Positions 35,218 through 44,143 of a stretch of DNA of 64,000 nt are shown piece by piece. The notes beneath the pieces were generated by a model that did no database searches, was not told the origin of the DNA, and saw only the letters and a list, made by a program, of their open reading frames with translations. The DNA lies in contig JBHGNT010000012.1 of NCBI GenBank assembly GCA_043228905.1, positions 4,588,001 through 4,652,000 on the forward strand. Reading direction: 5' to 3'. Each line of letters begins with the position of its first letter. Positions within the stretch are counted from its first letter, which is position 1. The translations under genes were made by a program, and so were the position numbers. Origin of the DNA: Azolla caroliniana. Its lineage: Eukaryota; Plantae; Polypodiophyta.

Positions 35218-37366
35218 AGAGGCGGCAGAAGAGCAGAAGATGAGGGGGTCGGATCTTGCAGAGGCCATGGCTTCGGCCGTGGATCGGATTGTAAACACGC
35301 GCGAGGGCGCCGGTGCCCTCGACAGAGCTATTGAGGCGGTCGTCGGCACGATCGGCCGGTTCGATGGGAAGGATGCCACGAAGTATTTGGCGGCCTACGG
35401 TGCAGAGATGCTGATGCGGGACATTCCGGAAGAAAGGCGTCTTGCCGGATTTCCCCGAGTGGCGATGCCGAGCATCCATGCGGAGGTGCTCGAGGTGCGG
35501 GCGGAGAGCCGTACCTGGGAGGAGTTCGAAGGTCGGCTCCTAGAGAAATACGGGCTGGACGACGCGCTCCGGCTTTCGAAGCGAAGGTTCATGGAATGGG
35601 TGGAGTCCCCGGGGAAGGGAAGAAACGCGTCAGCGCTCCTCCGGGAGTTCGAGGAAAACTTTGCGCGCCTTTCGGCGCTCGACCGAACCATTCTGGACAC
35701 GAGCCGGGTCTTGCTGTTTGTCAAGTCGGTCGACGAGCGGGATCGGGAGCAAGTGGGCCTCTTGCTGGAAACCGAAGACGGGCTCACTACCGACTGGGCG
35801 GCTGTCAAGAAAGTCTGTGGCCGTTTCGACAAACGGCGAGAATGGGCGGATAACGGGGCAACCGGGTCGGGCTCAGTCGCAGCGAGGAAGCTCGAACCGG
35901 CGCCACAGGTGCGAAAGGAAGAGACCCGGGAGTGGTCGGAAACCGGTTCGGCTTCGACCGGTGTAGTCAGAGGCTCGACCGGAGGAGCGGCGTTGGAGGA
36001 ATTGACGAGGGCGATAAAGGACCTCCAAATCGCGCAAGCCCGAAGGGAAGGTGGCGAACCGGCTCGTGACCGACGGCCGGCGGCAGGAAACACGTGCATG
36101 TGGTGCGATGAAGTTGGCCACATTCGGAAGGACTGCGGCGACTTCGCGGAGGCGCTGAGGGACAGGGTGGTGTACCTGTGGGAAGGTCGGGTGCATGCCA
36201 GCGACACCCGAAGGGCCCTGAGCCGAAATGACGGGCGAGGTGGTATGAAAAGGTTGATGGAAGAGGCGGCGGCCCGACATGCGGAAACCGTCCACTACTC
36301 GGCGTCGGCCGGCATTCGAGTCGGGGGCGGCGAGGCCCGAAGGGAAAGCAAAGCCGGATTCTGGCCGACGATGCTGGAAGGCCTTGCCGGTGCAAGGCTT
36401 AAAGGGGAGGAATCGGACCGTGCGGAGAAACGGGTACGGGAGATGACCGGGTGGAGCGACCCTGTCGAGGAAAAGACGGGCTTCGTGGAAGCCGCTTGCC
36501 AGAACTACGAGGCTCTGGTAGAAGAGAAGCGGGTGGGGAAACCCGGGACGACCGGGCCCTCACAACGATACGATACCCGGTCCGGGCCACGGCGGGACGA
36601 AACCAGCGGGGCCGGTACACAAGATAAACCCCAGAAGGGCGGGTACCGTCTGGGGACGGAGATAGAAAGGACCACGGACTTACGAAAGGTCCTGGAGGAA
36701 CGGATCCTCGACAGCAAGGTGGAGCTGTCGTTACGAGAGGTGCTGGGAATCGCCAAGAAGGAGTTCCACGACTCCATCGTGGACTTGGTGAAACGGAAGA
36801 GGCTGTCAACGGAGACAGAACCGGAAAGACCGGTGGAAGTGCGAACGACGCACCTAGACGACATGGCGCTGGAAGATGAGTGGGCGGAAAGCCACTATTC
36901 GAGACCACACTGGGCCCGAGCGACCACGGAAACCCCGGTGAAGATCGGCGACGTCCAGGAACCGGTGATAGCTTTGGTGGACCACGGATCGGAGATCAAT
37001 TTGATGTCCATGGACTTCTATAAGAGGGGCAAATGGCCGATCAACACCAAGCACGGGTGGAAAATAAGGGCAGCAACGCGCGCCACCGAGGAACTGCACG
37101 GGGCCTGCCCGAATGTGCGAGTCAAGATCGGCGACGTCGAGATTGACCAGCACTTCTTCGTGCAGGAGACGTCTTCGCATCCGGTCATACTGGGAGAGCC
37201 GTACATCACGGCGGCGCGAATGGAGACCAAGGTGCTGGACAATGGTTCGGCTTATGCGAGGGTCAAAAGCCAAGACGGGCGCCATTCGGTCCAGTTTCTG
37301 ACGGTACGGCCGAACCACGAACGTAACCGCGACTCCCTCGGTTCCGAAAACCGAGAGGATTTTTAG
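35213..37366 (+). CDS. gag: Gag-protease polyprotein (first ATG at 35240)
   Basis: 717-codon ORF with CCHC knuckle CMWCDEVGHIRKDC and aspartic protease motif ALVDHGSEINLM...VILGEPY. Confidence 0.93.
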   Translation: MKEAAEEQKMRGSDLAEAMASAVDRIVNTREGAGALDRAIEAVVGTIGRFDGKDATKYLAAYGAEMLMRDIPEERRLAGFPRVAMPSIHAEVLEVRAESRTWEEFEGRLLEKYGLDDALRLSKRRFMEWVESPGKGRNASALLREFEENFARLSALDRTILDTSRVLLFVKSVDERDREQVGLLLETEDGLTTDWAAVKKVCGRFDKRREWADNGATGSGSVAARKLEPAPQVRKEETREWSETGSASTGVVRGSTGGAALEELTRAIKDLQIAQARREGGEPARDRRPAAGNTCMWCDEVGHIRKDCGDFAEALRDRVVYLWEGRVHASDTRRALSRNDGRGGMKRLMEEAAARHAETVHYSASAGIRVGGGEARRESKAGFWPTMLEGLAGARLKGEESDRAEKRVREMTGWSDPVEEKTGFVEAACQNYEALVEEKRVGKPGTTGPSQRYDTRSGPRRDETSGAGTQDKPQKGGYRLGTEIERTTDLRKVLEERILDSKVELSLREVLGIAKKEFHDSIVDLVKRKRLSTETEPERPVEVRTTHLDDMALEDEWAESHYSRPHWARATTETPVKIGDVQEPVIALVDHGSEINLMSMDFYKRGKWPINTKHGWKIRAATRATEELHGACPNVRVKIGDVEIDQHFFVQETSSHPVILGEPYITAARMETKVLDNGSAYARVKSQDGRHSVQFLTVRPNHERNRDSLGSENREDF

Positions 37367-40300
37367 AGAGGACTGCCAAGGCGTGGGGCCGCGACAGTCC
37401 GGATGCTCGGGAAAAACCTCACATCTGTACGATAAAACCGTGTACAACAGGTAGGGAATTTTGCTTCTCCGACAGCGGAGCATGTACGATGGTCGGCATC
37501 GCCGGCCGAGAGAAAGCAAAGACGGAGGGGAGACTTCGAGCGTGCGGAGTTCTCGGCCCTGACGAGGAAATCGACGGAGCCGTGGAGGCAGTCTCCCTCG
37601 ACGACACCTTGGGAATGCTGGGGAAGGTAGTCGAAGAAGACCTTAACGAAGACCGGACGATACCGGTATGTTCCGTAGAGATGTACGAAGTCATCGCGGA
37701 CTTCGGTCGAGGGTTCGAGTCGGGACCAACGGCCCGAGTTAGCACCAAGTACAAGACTGTGGACCGGAAGGTGAGGCCAGTTGCGGCACCCTTACCGGAG
37801 GGCAGCGAGTCCCGAATCAAAGGGGTTGCATCGGACCCCAGCTTACGAGATCCGGCCTGCATAGGACACACCTTCACCAACGAGACGCTCCGCGAGCTGA
37901 AGATCGGTGGGGGCGGGTTCCTACTGCCGGTGGAGGAAGACCGGTTTCGGAGAATGCTCGGAAGGCACGGGAAAGCCTTCGCATTCTCACCGGAGGAAAT
38001 CGGGTGCGTAGACCCGACGATCGTAGAGCCAATGGTGATATTCACGGTACCGCATGTACCGTGGAATCTCAAGCCAATTCCGGTTCCGAGAGCTCACATC
38101 CCGAAGTTGATGGAGCTGTTGAAGCAGAAAGTTGATATGGGCATTCTCGAGCCGTCGAGCGCCCCGTACTCAAACCGATGGTTTACCGTACCAAAGAAAA
38201 ACGGGTCATTACGCTTCATTCAGGACCTGCAACCGGTCAATAGGGTGACCATTCGGAACGCAGGGATCGGACCGACCGTAGACGAGTTCGCGGAGGCCTT
38301 CGCCGGAAGGTCGGTTTACTCGGTCGGTGATCTATACTCAGGGTACGACCAGTTCCAGCTAGCCGTGGAGAGCAGAGACATTACGACGATGCGAACTCCC
38401 CTCGGGCTAGTGCGGATGTGTACGCTGCCACAAGGAGGGACCAACTCGGTGGCCCACATGGTGAATGCAATGAACAAGGTGCTGAGGGACTGCGTCCCGG
38501 ACATCACCATGCCGTTTCTAGACGACATCCCGATCAAGGGATGCCCGGTAGAAGAGAAGGACGAGACGATCGGGCCGGACGGATGCCGACGATTCGTGGT
38601 GACACACATTGACGACTGCGAGAAGGTGCTGCAAAGGCTAGAGGATGCGAGGCTCACCTTTTCGGGGGAGAAGTCAGCCTTCGGGCAGTCGGAAATCATG
38701 GTGGTCGGACATTTATGTGGACCATATGGCCGGAAACCGTCTCCGGCAAAGGTAGAAGCCATCTCCGCGATGAAGCCTGACTGCAGCTCGGTCACGGAAG
38801 TACGAAGATTCTTGGGAGCATGCGCCTTCTACCACATATGGATCCCGCATTACGCGCACGTCGCAGAGCCGCTGTACGGATTATTGAAGAAAGGGCGAAG
38901 ATTCGAATGGCTAGACAAGCACGCGGAGTCAGTCCGGAAGCTGAAGGAGGCTCTTTCGGCAGCACCGGCGCTCCGAAAGGCTGTCTACAGGAAGGGCACC
39001 CCAGTGTACATAACGGTTGACACGAGTCCGACCGGAATCGGGTGGGTCGTCAACCAAGAAGACGGGGACGGCAATCGGTTTCCAATCCGATTCGGCGCGA
39101 AGGTCCTCAGTGAGCGGCAACGGGGATACGCCCAGGTTAAACGCGAACTCTGGGGTATCGTTTCGGCGGTGAAGGCCGACAAGGACTATCTGATCGGGAC
39201 AGAGGTAATCATAGAGACGGATTGCATGCCGATTCTCGGCATGGTTTCCGGATGCGCGACGCCGGACCTGGCAATGCTCAGGTGGATAGCGTACATCAAG
39301 TCCCTGGACCCGGAAATACGACACATTTCCGGGAAAGACAACGCCATGGCCGACATGCTTTCAAGGGCGAGATTCGATGACGAGGGCGCCATGGTTTCGG
39401 AGGACGAGGAGGTCGGCGTGGACTTCTTCGAGGCAGCATACGTAACAACCGGCGGGCCGAGCACTCCGGCGCTTAACGACTTCGACGCGAGCAAGTACGA
39501 CGGGGAGTGGCTGCAGATCGGCGGGTTCTTGAGGACAATGGCGCCGGATGCGTCGTGGACGAAAGACGAGGCCAACCGGATACGGAAGAAAGCTTACCGA
39601 TTCTTTCTACGGGATGGATACTTGTGGAAGCACCCGAAGAAGAGGAACGGCGTCCCGCTCCGGGTGGTGGCAATGAAGGAAGATCAGGAGGAACTGCTAG
39701 CGGCCTGCCACGACAGCCCTTGGGCTGGACACCGTGGGACATGGGCTACGTTTGAGAAACTGAAGGGGAAGTATTGGTGGCCGGGGCAGTACCAGGACGT
39801 GCATCGGTTCGTGGCAACTTGCGAGAGCTGTCAGACGCACTCCATAGTCCGACACCGGGACGAGCTTCACCCTACGTACCCTCCGACCATCCACTTCAAA
39901 TGGATGGTAGATCTCGTGACGATGCCAATGGGGGTAGGACAGATGCGTTACCTGGTCCTAGCACGGGAGGATCTGACGAACCAGGTGGAAGGACGAGCCC
40001 TCCCGAACAAAACAACCGCGGCCGTATGTCGGTTCCTAATCGAGGACGTGATATGCCGGTACGGGTGCGTCGGGAAGATCGTGGCGGATCGAGGGGAGTT
40101 GGACACCGAAGAAGCCGCGGAGCTGTTCGACCGGCTCGGAGTTAAGCTCTCGCTCACCACTGCGTACAATCTGGAGGCGAATGGGAAGGTGGAGCGTGGT
40201 CACGGGCCGATAGTCAAGGCGTTGGTTCGGGCATGCGGAGGCCGAGTCAGTAACTGGCCGCGGCTGCTACCTTATGCTTTGTGGGCAGACCGGACCACGC

Positions 40301-40845
40301 ACAGTTCGGTAACCGGGTACATGCCGACGGAGCTCATGTTCGGCCAGAAGCCGATCATGCCGATTGAACGGACGATCTCCTCGTGGGCAACGGTCGACTG
40401 GAGGGACGAGATGAGCCGGGAGGAGTTGTTGGCCGCGCGCATACGACAGCTCGAGCGGAGACCGGAGGACGTGGAACTGGCTGCGGAGAAGCTCCGGGTG
40501 GCGAGGAAAAAGAACAAAGCCAGGTTCGACCGAACGCACCGGCTCCGACCGAAGAAAATCGAAGAAGGTGACTGGGTGCTCGTCTACGACAGCAGCCTCG
40601 ACAACCAGCACCGAGCTACACGGAAGTTCGCACGAAGGTGGTTCGGGCCGTACGTGGTACGGAGCGCCAATGACAACGGGACATATCACCTGGCGGAACT
40701 CGACGGCACGAGAATGGCGATACCGGTTGCAGGGAAGCGGATCAAAGCGTTCAAGAAGCGACACGACGACGAGCCCGACCCGGCTCTCCTGGTCAGCAGT
40801 GACGAACGATCCGGAAACGAGGAAGAACCGACGGGCGAGGAATGA
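37327..40845 (+). CDS. pol: Pol: RT - RNase H - integrase, in the -1 frame relative to gag-PR; no chromodomain
   Basis: Frame is open from the TAA at 37324-37326 to 40845. RT (DLYSGYDQF, LPQGGTNS, PFLDD), RH (TVDTS, ETDC, NAMADMLSR), IN (H...H...CESC, VDLV, ADRG, NGKVER), and a GPY motif. Confidence 0.95.
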   Translation, partial: PRLPRFRKPRGFLERTAKAWGRDSPDAREKPHICTIKPCTTGREFCFSDSGACTMVGIAGREKAKTEGRLRACGVLGPDEEIDGAVEAVSLDDTLGMLGKVVEEDLNEDRTIPVCSVEMYEVIADFGRGFESGPTARVSTKYKTVDRKVRPVAAPLPEGSESRIKGVASDPSLRDPACIGHTFTNETLRELKIGGGGFLLPVEEDRFRRMLGRHGKAFAFSPEEIGCVDPTIVEPMVIFTVPHVPWNLKPIPVPRAHIPKLMELLKQKVDMGILEPSSAPYSNRWFTVPKKNGSLRFIQDLQPVNRVTIRNAGIGPTVDEFAEAFAGRSVYSVGDLYSGYDQFQLAVESRDITTMRTPLGLVRMCTLPQGGTNSVAHMVNAMNKVLRDCVPDITMPFLDDIPIKGCPVEEKDETIGPDGCRRFVVTHIDDCEKVLQRLEDARLTFSGEKSAFGQSEIMVVGHLCGPYGRKPSPAKVEAISAMKPDCSSVTEVRRFLGACAFYHIWIPHYAHVAEPLYGLLKKGRRFEWLDKHAESVRKLKEALSAAPALRKAVYRKGTPVYITVDTSPTGIGWVVNQEDGDGNRFPIRFGAKVLSERQRGYAQVKRELWGIVSAVKADKDYLIGTEVIIETDCMPILGMVSGCATPDLAMLRWIAYIKSLDPEIRHISGKDNAMADMLSRARFDDEGAMVSEDEEVGVDFFEAAYVTTGGPSTPALNDFDASKYDGEWLQIGGFLRTMAPDASWTKDEANRIRKKAYRFFLRDGYLWKHPKKRNGVPLRVVAMKEDQEELLAACHDSPWAGHRGTWATFEKLKGKYWWPGQYQDVHRFVATCESCQTHSIVRHRDELHPTYPPTIHFKWMVDLVTMPMGVGQMRYLVLAREDLTNQVEGRALPNKTTAAVCRFLIEDVICRYGCVGKIVADRGELDTEEAAELFDRLGVKLSLTTAYNLEANGKVERGHGPIVKALVRACGGRVSNWPRLLPYALWADRTTHSSVTGYMPTELMFGQKPIMPIERTISSWATVDWRDEMSREELLAARIRQLERRPEDVELAAEKLRVARKKNKARFDRTHRLRPKKIEEGDWVLVYDSSLDNQHRATRKFARRWFGPYVVRSANDNGTYHLAELDGTRMAIPVAGKRIKAFKKRHDDEPDPALLVSSDERSGNEEEPTGEE
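37357..37422 (+). promoter_or_regulatory. Predicted -1 ribosomal frameshift signal
   Basis: G GAT TTT immediately before the gag TAG, 6-nt spacer, stem GGACTG/CAGTCC, and loop GTGGGG complementary to CCTCAC at 37417. Confidence 0.75.
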
Positions 40846-40879
40846 AGACGGGCCGGTATTCTCTGTCCCAACTCTCTTG

Positions 40880-40916
40880 GCGCATACCGGAGGATGCGCG
40901 GTTAGGTGGGGGCGGA
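40880..40916 (+). other. Conserved hairpin plus G-rich polypurine-tract equivalent
   Basis: GCGCAT-N8-ATGCGC followed by GGTTAGGTGGGGGCGGA, directly before the 3' LTR. The arrangement recurs before the LTRs at 22346, 42275 and 43580. Confidence 0.75.
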
Positions 40917-43900
40917 TGTCGTGAAGAAAACCGTCCCTAAGCGGAATCGGCGCACCGAGGCGTGGGAACCGGTTCTTCACACGCGCACGCTCCAAGTTGT
41001 ACATAGAATCGAATTAGGAGGATAATCGGAGGAACGGGCCCTAACACGAGTAAAGACAATGACTGCGCGAACAGTCTTTTCGATCACGCGCGCGAACGGT
41101 ACGAGTCGGCGGCGTAACTACGCGGATGCGTGCAGAACGGAGCGGATCCCTGTTCGAAAGGGACAGGGAATAAAGCTGACGTGACGGCCTGCTCGTCGGC
41201 CTATAAAAGGGGCAGGAAAGAGCTGTTGCGATTATCTCGCGCAGAGAGGACGAAGTGCTGTCGGACCGTTTCTGGACGCTTCTCTCTCTCTCTCTGTTCC
41301 TTCCTTCCTGAGCTCCATAGCTTTTCTGTGCAGGGTTCCGAGGAGGCTCGCGCTGTTTCGAGGAACGCCCGAGTGCTTCCGGCAGCACCTCCGACCTGCT
41401 CCCCTTTGTGCGTCGAAGCGAACAGGCATCGGCATCTGTTCGCCGGCCTGTTCGGTTGTAACCAACCTGCGCCCCATCGAGGGTTGTAGTCGTGCTAGCC
41501 ATTTTGTTAATATACATATTTAGTCATTCGCATCTGTCTGTGTCGGTGTCTGTCGCGTTCTCCGTGCTGAAGGGCCGTGTCCCTGCGTATCCCCGGTCCT
41601 GCGTAGCCGGTTCTCTCTCTTTCTCCTCCCTTGCTTGCTCTTTGGTTCGAGACCCCCGCGGTCCCGCCTCGTTTTCACACGCACTTGCGTAATATCTCGA
41701 CAACGGCGCATGGCGGTGCCGGGAACAAAAACACGCACGCGCAAAGACGGAGTACGTGGGATGGAGACCGGAAACAAGATTGAGGTCCGAAAGAGGATCC
41801 TCCACACCTGCTTCGGAGATCTCAACAGTTCGGAAGGAGTGGCAATGACTGGCATAGCGTACCAGACCCAAGACAACAAGTTAGTGGGGGCAAGGGGACG
41901 ACGGCAAGCGGAAGGCTCCAAACCGGTAGCAGCAGCGCGGGACGAAAATGGCCAAGCGGGCTACCACGGGGTGTTCCTCGGACGCGGAGGACACCGGTAC
42001 GCGGAGAGCGGAGCGTGCATACGGCCAAGGGAAGGGCCAACGGTGAGGCACACGTACTATGGGGTCGAAGTGAACGACCTATTGGCGGGATGAATGAGCC
42101 TCCGGAGAGGCAAGTGGCATGAGGATGAACTGGATCTGGGCAACATGGATAGTGAGGACGACCGGTTCGGAGCAATCGGTGACCCGGAGGACGAAGGGTA
42201 AGTGTGGGCCGGTCTTCTCCGGCAAGAGTCTATTTTGGCGCATACCGGTGGATGTGCGGTTAGGTGGGGGCGGATGTCTTGGAGAAAACCGTCCCTACGC
42301 GGAATCGAAGAATATCGGGGGAATCGGTGGTGTGCACCATGTGCACTTACCCTTGTAAAAACGTGTGAATAATAGGAGTTAAGTAGGGACAGAGAATCCC
42401 ATGTAAATCGGGATTTATCCCACATTGTAACGCATCTCTCTCCTTGTTCTATAAAAGGAAGGGAGTGCCCCTTGTGAAGGGGTTGCCCATTTTGAGTTAG
42501 GAGGGTATACCGTTAGGTTTAGTATTCCGTTTATCTTTTCTTCTTCTTCTTCTTCCCCTTCGTGTTTTCTTAGGGTTTGCTTCTGCTTGGCCTCTTGTGC
42601 AAGACCCTGCTCTGCGCGACGAGCCCGAGAGCTCCCCGACGGCGGCTTGGCGGCAGACTACTGTTGTAACGTAACCTACCTTGGTCCGGCTCGAAGCCGG
42701 GGATGTATTCTTTCCCTTGTAATATACATATTTGCGTCTGTCTGTGCATATCGGTGTATTTGGTGGTGTCGGAAACACAACCCCTTGCTTCCTGTGCATA
42801 AGAGTCGGTGTCGCGTGCACGCTGTCCCTCTCCTTTGTCTCTCTCTCTCTCTCTCGCGTTCGGTTGCCTCCGAAGCGCGTCCGTAGTCGGTTTCTCGGCA
42901 CCCCCCATTCGAGACCCCTGTGGTCCCACCCTTCTACACACACGTGCGTAACAACGCGACAATGTGTTATGGACAGACCGAACTATGCACAATTCGGTAA
43001 CCGGGTTCATGCCAGTAGAGCTGATGTACGGGCAAAAGTCGATCATGCCAATGGCGCGGACGATTTCCTCATGGACAATGATGGAATGGAGAGACGAGAT
43101 GAGCCGGGAAGAGCTGTTGGCAGCGCGGATTCGCCAGCTCGAGCGAAGACTGAAGGACCTGGACTGGGTGAAGGCGAAGCTGCACGAGGCAAGGGTGAAG
43201 AATAAAAGCTGGTTCGATAGGACGCACCGGCTATGACCGAAGACGATCGAGGAAGGCGACTAGGTGCTGGTTTACAACATCAGCTCGACAATCAGCGCAA
43301 AGCGATGCGTAAGTTCGTGAGGAGATGGTTCGGGCCCTATGCCGTAACGAGCGCAAACAACAAGGGCACCTACCATCTCGCGGAGCTCGACGGAACATGG
43401 ATAACGGTACTGGTGGCGGGGAAGAGGATCAAGGTGTTCAAGAAGCGGCACGAAGACGAGCCGGACTTGGAGAGAGCGGACGATGATTAGAGAGCGACGG
43501 TTGACCACGGACCGGTTTTCTCTCGGTATTTGTCTCTTTTCGGCGCATAGCGGTGGATGTGTGGTTTGGTTGGGGTGGATGTTGTGAAGAAAACCGGTCG
43601 TGGGAGGAATCAGGAGTCTAAGCGCATGAACTAGTGCTACACGGATCAACATTTAAATTGATTAACTTTGTGCATAGTTAGGGATAGGTCGGTGTGATGT
43701 AGGCGGATTAAATTGAATAGGTTAGCAAGTCGATGCGTATCTCTGTCCGAAGGGACAGAGAATAAAGATGATGTAATTGGATGTGACAGCTCTCCCTCGC
43801 CCACTTATAAAAGGTGCGAGAGAAAGACTAAAAGATATTGTGTTTTGGGAGGAGGAATTGTTGTTGGACTAGGAACCGAGCACCAATCTCTGTTTTTCTT

Positions 43901-44143
43901 TGTATCAATCCTTGTTATAGTCTCTATTTGGTTGTAATCGATTCTTCCTAAGTGTAATTTCTGTCTATCTTTGGTGTGTTGTCGAGTCCTTGTCTGAACT
44001 AGCAAGTGTTGTGCTTGCCAGTACCCGGCGTCCGCCGTTCTATCTCTTTCTTTTCTCTTTTCCTTCTATCTTCAAACACTCCTCGGTCCAAGGCCCCCGA
44101 GGTCCCACCTTAGTTTCCTATGCGCACGTGCGACAACATGACA

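Larger units (their letters stand above)
34414..41702 (+). mobile_element. Intact, very young Ty3/gypsy LTR retrotransposon (7.3 kb)
   Basis: LTRs 34414-35195 and 40917-41702, differing by eye only in two 2-bp microsatellite slips. TG...CA ends, TSD ACGG, PBS, PPT and two uninterrupted ORFs. Confidence 0.97.
30253..42961 (+). mobile_element. Non-autonomous gypsy derivative (gag remnant only, no PR/RT), LTRs 30253-31234 and 42275-42961
   Basis: Similar LTRs, with a ~284-bp internal duplication in the 5' copy. TSD ACGT/ATGT, PBS TGGTTAACCAGACGTGAA at 31239, gag N-terminus (FNGDKVPSYL, KVLLFVRSI) ending in a stop at 31841, a repeat array, and the family PPT before 42275. Confidence 0.88.
23194..44143 (+). 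mobile_element. Degenerate gypsy element (same family as 34414-41702): PR-RT-RH-IN with many stops, PPT and 3' LTR 43580-44143; hosts nested insertions
   Basis: Collinear with the intact copy (LREVLGI, VPHVSWNLKP, LPQGGTNSV, PFLDD). The integrase text LPY|VLWTDRT is split exactly by the 30253-42961 insertion. Confidence 0.9.

Noticed and set aside
35395-41004. Numerous long antisense and alternative-frame ORFs over the intact gypsy element
   Set aside because: Expected shadow ORFs of GC-rich coding DNA; no independent motifs.
21153-44143. Treating 21153 and 43580-44143 as the paired LTRs of one element
   Set aside because: LTR starts are only loosely similar, flanking 4-mers differ (AAGG vs ACGT) and the host sequences on the two sides are different elements.
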